A DNA stretch of 64,000 bases from Candidatus Woesearchaeota archaeon (GCA_019323015.1 JAHWHY010000003.1:29654-93653); one strand, 5' to 3'. Shown: positions 34,878 to 43,171, counted from the first letter of the stretch. Notes: generated from the letters alone by a model not told the origin. Numbers and translations: made by a program.

Positions 34878-37418
34878 TTATTTTTCTTCTGCGCCAAATG
34901 GAACCTCTAAAGCTAATGCTATCTCTCTTTCAAGGTCATCTGTTGCTAAATGCCTGCTTTGGTTGAATTCAATCGCCCCTGCAAATCCTCTGAGTAGTCC
35001 TCTTTTGATGTCTGTTCTTAATCTGATTCCCCACTGTCTTTCCAAAGCTAGGTCAGCGTAATATCCTGATAAGATTAATGCAGCGCGCGGCGTGTCCAGT
35101 ATTGCTGAAATTTCCCCGAACCTTTCTGTTACTGTCCTTCCGTGCATGCCTGGCGCTTTTCCTACTCCGCCGTATAATAATACTGCAAATCCGTAGTCAT
35201 TTTTGCCGTCTATTACTCCTACTGGTATGTTGTTGAAGCCTTTTCTTTCTAAAAAGGACTGCATTTCATCACTTAGTTCTATTCTTGAGCCTGTTTTTCG
35301 TGAGTCTTTGTCATACATTAATTGTACAATGCTGGACAGGTCTCTTATTACTGCGCTTCCTAGAAGCGCTCCTGCGCCTCCGCCGTATTTCACGTCTCCT
35401 TGATAGCCTTGTATCCAGCCGTGGCCGAATAGCATTGCCTTGAACAAGTCATTGCCATTTTCATCTGTTATTGTGCCTATGTTAAGTGCGAGTGCTGCTT
35501 GTCCCCTGTATGTTTTTGCTTTTGGTGTCTCTTCTCCTGCTTCCTTGTCTTTTTCAAGGTCTTGCAGGAATGTCAATGCAATTCCAAAATCATCATTTAC
35601 ATATAGGTCTGCTCTTATTCCTGGCTTGTTTATGATATGAGTGTTTCTTGTCCAGGTTGATCCGTCTCCGCTTAGCATGAATGCGTCTTCTGTGATATAA
35701 TCCCAGCTTACGCCTATTGATCCTTTGATTTTATCGCCTAGCAAAAATTCTAGTGGAACTGCAAGCAGTGCTGATATGCTTTGTTTTCTGTATAGGTCTT
35801 GCCTGTCTCTTGTTTCTCCTGTTGCATCATAGCTTGCATTAGGGTCTGTGTGGTTTTCATGGTGTGTCAGGCTGTCTTCTTCTGTTAGCATCTCTACTGA
35901 CTGCCAGGCGCCTGCTGCGCGTATTCTCAATGGCAGTACTGAGTTTCTTAGGTAGCTGCTCAGCCATGCTGAGAAAAATTCGCTTGTTATGAAATTGCGG
36001 ATGTTTGAGTCTTTTGTTTCTGTTTCAGTAGGTGTATCGCTTACTGGAAGATCGTCCAGAAACACCCATTCCTTGTTTCGCAGGCTCTCTGCCATTGCTC
36101 CTATTTGCAGTAATTCAGGATTTTGAAAATAATCATTTTCAGCACCAAGGATTATCAGTGGGCTTAGCTCAAGAAAGCCTGACAAGTTTAGGTCTGTTGA
36201 CTTGTTGTCTGCAGGGTTTCTTCTGCTTAGGTATTCTCTTAGTAATGCAAGTTCAAGCACGCTTCCCAGTGTGCCGTGCAGGCTTTCCCTGTTTCCTTCT
36301 ATATCCTCAAATAACATGCCTTGCCTGTATTCCAGTGCTGTTTGGTATCTTTTTCCTAGTGCACCCTCTAGTACATCAGCCAGTGTTGTTCCTGTGCCTG
36401 TTTTTTTGCCTTGTGGGGTTACTGCACCTCCGCCAGTAGATCCATCTTGCTGTCTTCCATGAGGCGGTGTTTCAGGCTTGTCTTTCTCTCCTCTTCCTTC
36501 ATCTGCAGGAGGCGGTGGTGTTTCTGGCTTGTCTTTTTCTCCTGATGCAGGTGTTTCTTCAGGCGGTTTTGCCTGCTGCTGTAATTGTTTGATTTTTTGC
36601 TCAACATGCGATATTAAGGGGCTGAATTCTTCAGTTTCAGGGAATATTTCTTCTGCTTGTCTTAATGTATTTATTATCCTGGTGTACCAGTTGATTTTTC
36701 CTTGGGCTGTTCTTGATTCTTCTAAACCTTTAAATGCAGTTTCTATTGCTGAATCACATTGAAGCATTTGTGAGAATAAGTGTTCTTCTTCTTGTGCTTG
36801 TGCAACTGCTTTTTTTGCCTCAGTGACCAAATGCCTGCAAGATTTTCCTTCAATTAAAGAAGGATATTTTTTTGCTTGTGCTAATCCTTCTTGTGCCAGC
36901 TCTAGCATTCTTTGGGCATACTGCGTCCCTTCAATTTGTGACTCTATCTTTTTAAGTGTTGAATAATATGTTTTTATTGCAGAAATAAGTGCTCTTGCTT
37001 CTTCTTTTCCTTTTTTTTGCCGTGCACTGGTTCGATCGCGCGTGTATGCAAGCGCTGCTAAAGCTTCTTGTTGTTTAGCACCAGCATATGCTGTTCCGAT
37101 AGCTGCAAATTCTTTCTTCTTTTCTGGATCACTTATTCTTTTGGATAAGTTGGAGAATATGTATCTGAAATCATCTTGTGAGAGTGCAGGATCTTGGCAA
37201 GCCCCAAGCATTAATCGCATTATCTGCTCGTCTGTCTCTTTTCCTCTTGGAAGGTTACTATAACTGTCTGCAACAATCCTGACCAAGTTTGGGTCTTCTA
37301 TTTTTTTAGGGGTTTCTTCTGCATTTGCAGGTGTTGCTGTATATGAAAGAAGTCCGAATGTCACTGCTGAAGCAATCCCTGCTGCTTTGCCTAATACTCT
37401 CTTTATATAACTTGGCAC
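34878..37418 (-). CDS. secreted 846-aa protein: signal peptide, helical N-domain, Pro/Glu/Lys linker with tandem GEKDKPETPP, beta-rich C-terminal half
   Basis: Signal peptide ...LLSYTATPANA/EE. Repeat at nt 36463-36543. Stop codon is 3 nt before the start of the giant gene. Confidence 0.7.
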   Translation of the reverse strand: MPSYIKRVLGKAAGIASAVTFGLLSYTATPANAEETPKKIEDPNLVRIVADSYSNLPRGKETDEQIMRLMLGACQDPALSQDDFRYIFSNLSKRISDPEKKKEFAAIGTAYAGAKQQEALAALAYTRDRTSARQKKGKEEARALISAIKTYYSTLKKIESQIEGTQYAQRMLELAQEGLAQAKKYPSLIEGKSCRHLVTEAKKAVAQAQEEEHLFSQMLQCDSAIETAFKGLEESRTAQGKINWYTRIINTLRQAEEIFPETEEFSPLISHVEQKIKQLQQQAKPPEETPASGEKDKPETPPPPADEGRGEKDKPETPPHGRQQDGSTGGGAVTPQGKKTGTGTTLADVLEGALGKRYQTALEYRQGMLFEDIEGNRESLHGTLGSVLELALLREYLSRRNPADNKSTDLNLSGFLELSPLIILGAENDYFQNPELLQIGAMAESLRNKEWVFLDDLPVSDTPTETETKDSNIRNFITSEFFSAWLSSYLRNSVLPLRIRAAGAWQSVEMLTEEDSLTHHENHTDPNASYDATGETRDRQDLYRKQSISALLAVPLEFLLGDKIKGSIGVSWDYITEDAFMLSGDGSTWTRNTHIINKPGIRADLYVNDDFGIALTFLQDLEKDKEAGEETPKAKTYRGQAALALNIGTITDENGNDLFKAMLFGHGWIQGYQGDVKYGGGAGALLGSAVIRDLSSIVQLMYDKDSRKTGSRIELSDEMQSFLERKGFNNIPVGVIDGKNDYGFAVLLYGGVGKAPGMHGRTVTERFGEISAILDTPRAALILSGYYADLALERQWGIRLRTDIKRGLLRGFAGAIEFNQSRHLATDDLEREIALALEVPFGAEEK

Positions 37419-37454
37419 TATTAATCCCCCTTGATTATTCCATAAGAAGTGAAT

Positions 37455-37472
37455 GATATATAAAGCTTTCGT
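37455..37472 (-). promoter_or_regulatory. BRE/TATA promoter of the surface-protein operon
   Basis: Minus-strand ACGAAAGCTTTATATATC about 40 nt upstream of ATG 37418. Confidence 0.5.
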
Positions 37473-37551
37473 TAAGTTAGTATTTGAAAGTAGTGAAAGA
37501 CACTTCCATTGGTTTTTCGTCTATAGACGGTGATTAAAAAAGAAAAAGAGA

Positions 37552-37866
37552 TTATTCATCCTCTCCCCATGTTTCAGACTGATCTGCTTCGCCGATGTCT
37601 TCTTCTTCCATCTCGTCTTCATCAATATAGCGCCTGAACTCTTCCATGTATCTTTCTTCATCAGAGGCCTCTTTTGTTTTTTTGTCTTCTTCCTCATCAT
37701 CAATTGGAAGTTCCAGCAAGGCTAGCTCTGCCTTTTGCACCACTTTATATCCTTTTTTTGTCTCGCGTGTTTTTCTTGGGCCTGTCTTTTTCTTTGTCTT
37801 CTTTTTTTTGGTTCTCTTCTTGGCTTTGGACTTTGTTTTTTTCTTGGCTTTTTTCTTTTTAGCCAT
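37552..37866 (-). CDS. bipolar charged protein (Lys-rich N-half, Asp/Glu-rich C-half), 104 aa
   Basis: Strong SD GAGGTGG 7 nt upstream of the ATG. Lies directly downstream of rpl15e. The plus-strand ORFs here are F/L/S shadows. Confidence 0.6.
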   Translation of the reverse strand: MAKKKKAKKKTKSKAKKRTKKKKTKKKTGPRKTRETKKGYKVVQKAELALLELPIDDEEEDKKTKEASDEERYMEEFRRYIDEDEMEEEDIGEADQSETWGEDE

Positions 37867-37908
37867 CAGTACACCACCTCAAAATTGGCAAGACTGCTAA
37901 GAAAAATC

Positions 37909-38484
37909 TTACTGCAGTCTTTTCCTGGCTCTTCTGCTTGGCCTGGCTTTTTCAGCACCTTTTCCTTTGTGCCTTAGGCCGCGAATTTTCTTACCTGCGC
38001 TTGTCAAGCCTCTATGAACCCTGCGTGTATGCTGTTTTTTAGAAATCCATCCAAGGTTTTTGTCCTTTGCTATTGCAGGATGTTTTTTGTCTACTAGTAT
38101 TATTTCATACCAAAAGTGCTTGCCGTCTTTTGCAACTTGATATGAATTAAGAACTTCACAATTCGGATACTTCTTGCTTGCCCTCTCTTCTGCTATTAAT
38201 TTGTAATTTTTTCTTAGGTTAAGCCTCTGGCTTGCGTGTTTTGATCTTCTTCCGCCGTATCTTTTTGGTTTTGTGTGGCCGCCCCGTAATACTCTCTGTC
38301 TTACAACTATTATTCCTTGTTTTGCTTTGTATCCAAGTGCTCTTGCCTTGTCAAGCCTTGTAGGTTTAGCTATCTTAACTGTTACAGGCTCTCTCCTGAA
38401 CTGCATAAGCCTTTTCTGCCATTTATCCCCAAGGCCCTGTTTTGGTTTTTTCCAGAGCTCTCTAATCTTTTGATATACACCCAT
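37909..38484 (-). CDS. rpl15e: 50S ribosomal protein L15e
   Basis: MGVYQKIRELWKKPK...RLDKARALGYKAKQG...RGGR is the canonical eL15 sequence. Confidence 0.95.
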   Translation of the reverse strand: MGVYQKIRELWKKPKQGLGDKWQKRLMQFRREPVTVKIAKPTRLDKARALGYKAKQGIIVVRQRVLRGGHTKPKRYGGRRSKHASQRLNLRKNYKLIAEERASKKYPNCEVLNSYQVAKDGKHFWYEIILVDKKHPAIAKDKNLGWISKKQHTRRVHRGLTSAGKKIRGLRHKGKGAEKARPSRRARKRLQ

Positions 38485-38527
38485 GTTAAGCTCTGGAAAC
38501 AGCGAGGGGTTTATAAATGTTATGCTT

Positions 38528-38574
38528 GGTTAGCTTTTGCGTCTTTAGATTAGGGTAATGCGCAAAAGTTAACC
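38528..38574. repeat. inverted repeat / hairpin 1 with GCAAAAG core
   Basis: GGTTAGCTTTTGCG-N19-CGCAAAAGTTAACC forms a 14-bp stem with one G-U pair. Confidence 0.6.
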
Positions 38575-38577
38575 TGA

Positions 38578-38622
38578 CTAAACTTTTGCCTATTTGTATA
38601 TATTTATAATGCAAAAGTTTAG
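38578..38622. repeat. inverted repeat / hairpin 2 with the same core, enclosing a TATA-like AT tract
   Basis: CTAAACTTTTGC-N21(CTATTTGTATATATTTATAAT)-GCAAAAGTTTAG forms a 12-bp perfect stem. Confidence 0.6.
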
Positions 38623-38685
38623 GCTAGTCATCGCTATTCTCAAGTGTCGATAACTTTATATACTTCCTCCCACTTTAGGCTTTTT

Positions 38686-39273
38686 ATGAAAGCTGTACTA
38701 ATAACTGCAATAATTGTGGTAGTTATTTTGGCTGTTGGAGTGCCTGTGATTTATTATGCAGTTGGTTCTGGAGACCCTGCAATCACAGCAAAGACAATAC
38801 CCACTGGTCAGGTTGTGGGCACAGTTAATCATGTAGAGAAAACAGATACAAAGATTGTAGAAATACCGCAAGCAGATGATGAAGAGGATGATATCTCTGC
38901 AAAAGACATGCTTGCTCAAATGCAGAGCGATGATACTTCTGCAGCAGAAGGGATTTCCAGCGATAAAATTGGCTACAGTATACCGTATCTGGCAGAACAA
39001 CAGAAGATACAGGCTCAACAAACATGCCAGCCGCTTGTTGATGCAGCGCAAAAAAAGCTTGACGATGCCGAAGCAGAAGTCGCAGCTAAGAAGAAAGCTT
39101 ACGATGATGCTAGAGACGATCTTGATGATGCAATCGATGCAGAAGATGAAGATGAAATCGATGATGCAAGAGAAGAAGTAGCTAAGGCAAAAGAAGCTTA
39201 TGAAGATGCGCTTAGTGAAAAGTTTGCTGCTAATGACGAGCTAGTTACCGCAAGGATAAACTGCGTATACTAA
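38686..39273 (+). CDS. membrane-anchored acidic coiled-coil protein
   Basis: Start taken at MKAVLITAIIVVVILAVG (ATG 38686), with TATA AACTTTATATAC about 25 nt upstream. The track GTG 38644 would include the promoter. Confidence 0.55.
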   Translation: MKAVLITAIIVVVILAVGVPVIYYAVGSGDPAITAKTIPTGQVVGTVNHVEKTDTKIVEIPQADDEEDDISAKDMLAQMQSDDTSAAEGISSDKIGYSIPYLAEQQKIQAQQTCQPLVDAAQKKLDDAEAEVAAKKKAYDDARDDLDDAIDAEDEDEIDDAREEVAKAKEAYEDALSEKFAANDELVTARINCVY

Positions 39274-39287
39274 AGAAAATTTATCTT

Positions 39288-39346
39288 TCACAGAATCTTT
39301 AGTTCTGTGAATTTAGAAATCTTTTCAGATTTCTTCTTTTTCTTTT
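39288..39346 (+). terminator. two consecutive hairpins followed by a T-rich tract
   Basis: TCACAGAA-TCTTTAG-TTCTGTGA and AGAAATC-TTTTCA-GATTTCT, then TCTTTTTCTTTT. Confidence 0.45.
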
Positions 39347-39403
39347 ATTATATCGTAACTTATTTATACTAAATAGTGTACTTTCTTCTTAAAGAGGTGA
39401 ATC

Positions 39404-40321
39404 ATGCCAAAGCAAGCCCTGATAAGATTTGCTGAGATAGCTAAAGGTTTTGATGATTATGAAAGGCTTAAGCTTATTCTTTTTGCTGCTGGCATTAAGC
39501 CTGCAACTTATGTCATCCTGAAGATTGACCCAAAGAATCTTTCTGAAAAATTTCGTTTTGAGAAAAGGCTCAAGGACCTGGGTGTTGTTTTTGTTGAAAG
39601 CAGGATGCGTTCTTATGAAGTCATTGACAGGATTGTGAAGAACAAGATTCACTGGAAAATTCAGGGCGTCTGGATTGGTTATGATTTGTTTAAGAGCAAA
39701 AAAGAACTGAAGATGTTTAAGAGTTATGTTACTGCAATAAGAAAGCAGAAGCATAATAAAGCAGACAAGTTGGGTGGAAAATTGTATGATTACCCGCAGT
39801 GCTGTATCAAGGAATACACCAAAGAACAGGACCTTGATTATTTGAAGAAAAAGTTTACTTACAATAAATATTATAAGCGGTTGCATGATTCTGTGAGAAA
39901 ATATCCTTTTGTTATGCACACTCCCTGCAATTCTTCTTGTAAAAAGACTGCTAAGCTAAATATTAAATACAAGAATGCTGTGAAAAAGTTTGCCCCGCAT
40001 TTTTATAAGAAGTTTTCTTCTAAGAAAGTTTATAAGACAGACTTGATTGTTGATACTCCTTCAGATATTTTTGTCAATGGAAAATCCATCTGGCCTGCGA
40101 AAAGTATTTTAGAGTATTCTGTGATTGCAAAGAAAAAATATGAAGGCCACAATTACATCTATACTCATCTTTCCAAGAAGTTTTATGATCTTGGCACTGT
40201 GGTTGATGCTAAGGTTACAATGCAGTATCGTTATGCTGACATTAAAGTTAGCAAAGTAAAGAAAGAGTTAAAGAATCTGACTCACATAAGAAAGTTTTTT
40301 GTGGTTGGAAGGAAGTTTTAA
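39404..40321 (+). CDS. hypothetical protein with conserved Cys/His cluster (YPQCC ... HTPCNSSC), coupled to the ligase gene
   Basis: SD GAGGTGA upstream. Stop codon is 1 nt before the lig ATG. The antisense 176-aa ORF was rejected. Confidence 0.6.
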   Translation: MPKQALIRFAEIAKGFDDYERLKLILFAAGIKPATYVILKIDPKNLSEKFRFEKRLKDLGVVFVESRMRSYEVIDRIVKNKIHWKIQGVWIGYDLFKSKKELKMFKSYVTAIRKQKHNKADKLGGKLYDYPQCCIKEYTKEQDLDYLKKKFTYNKYYKRLHDSVRKYPFVMHTPCNSSCKKTAKLNIKYKNAVKKFAPHFYKKFSSKKVYKTDLIVDTPSDIFVNGKSIWPAKSILEYSVIAKKKYEGHNYIYTHLSKKFYDLGTVVDAKVTMQYRYADIKVSKVKKELKNLTHIRKFFVVGRKF

Positions 40322-40322
40322 A

Positions 40323-42017
40323 ATGCAATTTTCAAAACTGGCTGATGTTTTTGCAAAACTTGAGAAAATCAGTTCTGGAAACAAGATGCGCGAGATTCTT
40401 TCTGGTTTTTTCAAGACAGTTCCTAAGTCAGAGATTTGCATGGCGGCTTACATGACAACTGGCCGCATTGCTTCTGAGTATGAAGATGTTGTGATTGGCA
40501 TGGCTGATAAGATGGTCCTTAAGTCTATTGCTCTTGCTTCTGGTTCAGAAGATGTTAACAAAGTGTTCAAGCAAAAAGGTGATGTTGGTCTTGCTGCTGC
40601 AGAACTTTGTGGAAGGAAGAGGAAATCTCTTTCTGTCAAGGAAGTTTATGATAACCTCCATAAGATTGCAGAAGTTTCTGGTGCAGGAAGTCAGGAAAGG
40701 AAAATAAGAATTTTAGCAGAACTATTCAAAAGTGCATCTGCTCTTGAAGCAAAATATATTGCAAGATTAGTTCTTGGAACTTTAAGATTGGGTGCTAGTG
40801 ACCAGACACTTCTTGATTCTTTGTCAATTGCGTTTACTGGAACCAAGAAAAACAAGCCAAAAGTAGAGCATGCTTATCACATCTGTCCTGATGTCTGCTT
40901 GATTGCAGAGACAGTTGCTGCAAAAGGTCTGAAAGGCCTTGATAAGATTAATGTCAAAGTTGGTGTGCCGATACAGATGATGCTTGCTCAACGTGTTAAG
41001 AGTATTCAGGAGATTCTTGATAAGATTAAAGGCGACATGGCTGTTGAGGAGAAGTATGATGGAGAAAGGATGCAGGTTCACATCAAAGGAAAAAAGATAA
41101 AGATTTACAGCAGAAGAATGGATGATATTACTTCTCAATTTCCAGATGTTGTTGCTGAGATTAAAAAGTGTGTGAAATGCAAGAGCTGCATAATCGAAGG
41201 AGAGTGCTGTGCAGTTGACAAAAATGGAAAACTATTGCCTTTCCAAACCTTGATGCAAAGAAGAAGAAAATATGATATTGAGAAATATATCAAGAAAATT
41301 CCTGTTTGTTTATTCTTATTTGATTTGCTGTATTTAGATGGCAAGTCTTACGTGCAGAAAGATTATCCTGAAAGGCACAAGGCACTGAGAAAAGCTATTA
41401 AGAAAAAAACAAAAGGCCTGAAGTTGGCTAACAGGATTGTGACAAATGATTTGAAAGAGATTCAGAAGTTCTTTGACAAGATGGTGAAGCATGGTGCAGA
41501 AGGAATAATGGTTAAGTCCTGTGGAAAAGGCTCTGTCTATAAAGCAGGTACCAGAGGCTGGTTATGGATCAAATGGAAGAAGGAGTATATGAAAGGTATG
41601 GCAGATACTTTTGACTTGGTTGTTGTTGGTGCTTTCAAAGGCAGGGGCAGGAGAGCAGGCTCTTATGGCTCTTTATTATGTGCTGTTTATAATAAAACGA
41701 AAAACAGCTATGATACTTTCACAAAGCTTGGTTCTGGTTTTACAGATGAGCAGCTGGATAATCTGCCTAAGAAATTCAAGAGATACGAACTTAAGAAAAA
41801 GCATCCTTTAGTGCATGCCAAGAAAGCGATGAAACCAGACATCTGGTTTACTCCTGCTGTAGTGGTCGAAGTTTTGGGTGCAGAAATAACCAAGAGCCCA
41901 ATTCACACTGCAGATGGGTTGGCGTTAAGATTCCCTAGATTTCTAAGATACAGGCCAGAGAAGAATCCTGAACAGGCGACAACTGTTAAGGAAATCAGGC
42001 AGATGTATAAGAAATAG
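40323..42017 (+). CDS. lig: ATP-dependent DNA ligase
   Basis: Adenylation motif EEKYDGERMQVH (KxDGxR), EGIMVK, WLWIKWKKEY, LRFPRFLRYRPEK. ATG 40323 is preferred to the track GTG 40299, which overlaps the upstream gene. Confidence 0.95.
   Translation: MQFSKLADVFAKLEKISSGNKMREILSGFFKTVPKSEICMAAYMTTGRIASEYEDVVIGMADKMVLKSIALASGSEDVNKVFKQKGDVGLAAAELCGRKRKSLSVKEVYDNLHKIAEVSGAGSQERKIRILAELFKSASALEAKYIARLVLGTLRLGASDQTLLDSLSIAFTGTKKNKPKVEHAYHICPDVCLIAETVAAKGLKGLDKINVKVGVPIQMMLAQRVKSIQEILDKIKGDMAVEEKYDGERMQVHIKGKKIKIYSRRMDDITSQFPDVVAEIKKCVKCKSCIIEGECCAVDKNGKLLPFQTLMQRRRKYDIEKYIKKIPVCLFLFDLLYLDGKSYVQKDYPERHKALRKAIKKKTKGLKLANRIVTNDLKEIQKFFDKMVKHGAEGIMVKSCGKGSVYKAGTRGWLWIKWKKEYMKGMADTFDLVVVGAFKGRGRRAGSYGSLLCAVYNKTKNSYDTFTKLGSGFTDEQLDNLPKKFKRYELKKKHPLVHAKKAMKPDIWFTPAVVVEVLGAEITKSPIHTADGLALRFPRFLRYRPEKNPEQATTVKEIRQMYKK
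41966..42007. repeat. 42-bp perfect direct repeat, copy 1 (inside lig 3' end); copy 2 at 42150-42191
   Basis: TCCTGAACAGGCGACAACTGTTAAGGAAATCAGGCAGATGTA is identical at both sites. Confidence 0.95.
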
Positions 42018-42137
42018 TTCTGCGCGGCATTGTGAGGACGAGAGAAGAGTTGAGTCCATATTTGCGTGAGCAAATATCTCATAGATTGCTTCTCGAGAAC
42101 GAACAAAGAGCGCTTTAATCAAATTTTTTAAAAATTT

Positions 42138-42205
42138 GCCTGAGAAAAGTCCTGAACAGGCGACAACTGTTAAGGAAATCAGGCAGATGTACAGTAAGAA
42201 GTAAC
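42138..42205 (+). pseudogene. relic second copy of the lig 3' end (PEKSPEQATTVKEIRQMYSKK*)
   Basis: Contains repeat copy 2. The flanks are diverged but still alignable to lig codons for FLRYRPEKNP. No ORF is attached upstream. Confidence 0.6.
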
Positions 42206-42235
42206 TTTAAATATTCTCCCTATTTTCGAAGTTCT

Positions 42236-42862
42236 ATGTTATCTGAATCAGAAGAGATGGACTTGCACACAGGTTTTATTATGCAGCGAACTATTAATGA
42301 GTTCTATGATGGCAATCCTGTTGAGTATGTTCATCGGCTGTGGGAGTGGATTGGAACTGTTCGCGAGGTTTGGGAGCCTCTGGAAGAATTTGGTTGGAAA
42401 GATGAGTATAGGGGCGTGTATTCTCTTGTAAGGAATTCAGAGAATCCTAAAGGCATGTCTTATGCCAAGTCTAAAGAAACATTTCCAAACAGTCTAGTTC
42501 TAGTCACTCAGTTTTACTTGTATAAGCAGGTTAGTCATGACTTGTCTCCTGTAAAAGAGCCGGAGATTATTCCTTGGCTGGACATGACTAATTCCAGGCG
42601 GTTTTGGAGGATTGTGAGGAAAGAAGAAGCTGTTGATGAGCCTTTAGAAGCAAAGCTAGAACGTTTTGCTGAGAAAAAGCCTCCTAAAGACCGGCAACTT
42701 CCAGAAAGTATTAATCCTAAATCACTCAGGCAGATAACAACCAGCATCGCATACCAGTATCTGTTTGACACGACTTTAAGAAAACTCTATATAGAGTATG
42801 AGATGAAAGGCTTAACAGAAAAATTAGAGTTCTTGATGGAGAAGTATGGTGTGAACGAGTGA
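42236..42862 (+). CDS. hypothetical protein (208 aa)
   Basis: ORF with TATA AACTTTAAATATT about 25 nt upstream. No family recognised. Confidence 0.5.
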   Translation: MLSESEEMDLHTGFIMQRTINEFYDGNPVEYVHRLWEWIGTVREVWEPLEEFGWKDEYRGVYSLVRNSENPKGMSYAKSKETFPNSLVLVTQFYLYKQVSHDLSPVKEPEIIPWLDMTNSRRFWRIVRKEEAVDEPLEAKLERFAEKKPPKDRQLPESINPKSLRQITTSIAYQYLFDTTLRKLYIEYEMKGLTEKLEFLMEKYGVNE

Positions 42863-43126
42863 TTATTTCTCAATCAAAATAAAACAAATATCAGTCAATG
42901 CTTTGATCTTATGATATGTTTTGGCTGGAAACTCTATCTTTGCAGGCGCTTCTGTAATCCAGGTCTTGTCTTTCAGAGTTATCTCTGCAGAACCATGCAC
43001 TAAATAGATTAATTCTTCGACATTTTCTTCATTATCGCCGGAAATAGTGTCTTTATAACGATAAACTATCTTGAAATTTTCTGTTTGATATACTTTGCCT
43101 TTTTCATTTTCTTTGATGAGTTTCAT
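42863..43126 (-). CDS. small cupin-like beta-barrel protein
   Basis: YLVHGSAEITLKD...AKTYHKIKA is a weak cupin pattern. Confidence 0.4.
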   Translation of the reverse strand: MKLIKENEKGKVYQTENFKIVYRYKDTISGDNEENVEELIYLVHGSAEITLKDKTWITEAPAKIEFPAKTYHKIKALTDICFILIEK

Positions 43127-43171
43127 TTATTTGTTATAGAACTAATGTATTTTTAAAACTGTCGGCAAAAT

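Noticed and set aside
39389-39919. 176-aa minus-strand ORF
   Set aside because: It is antisense to the 305-aa plus-strand ORF, which has a strong SD and is coupled to lig. The translation is F/L/I-rich with no start signals.
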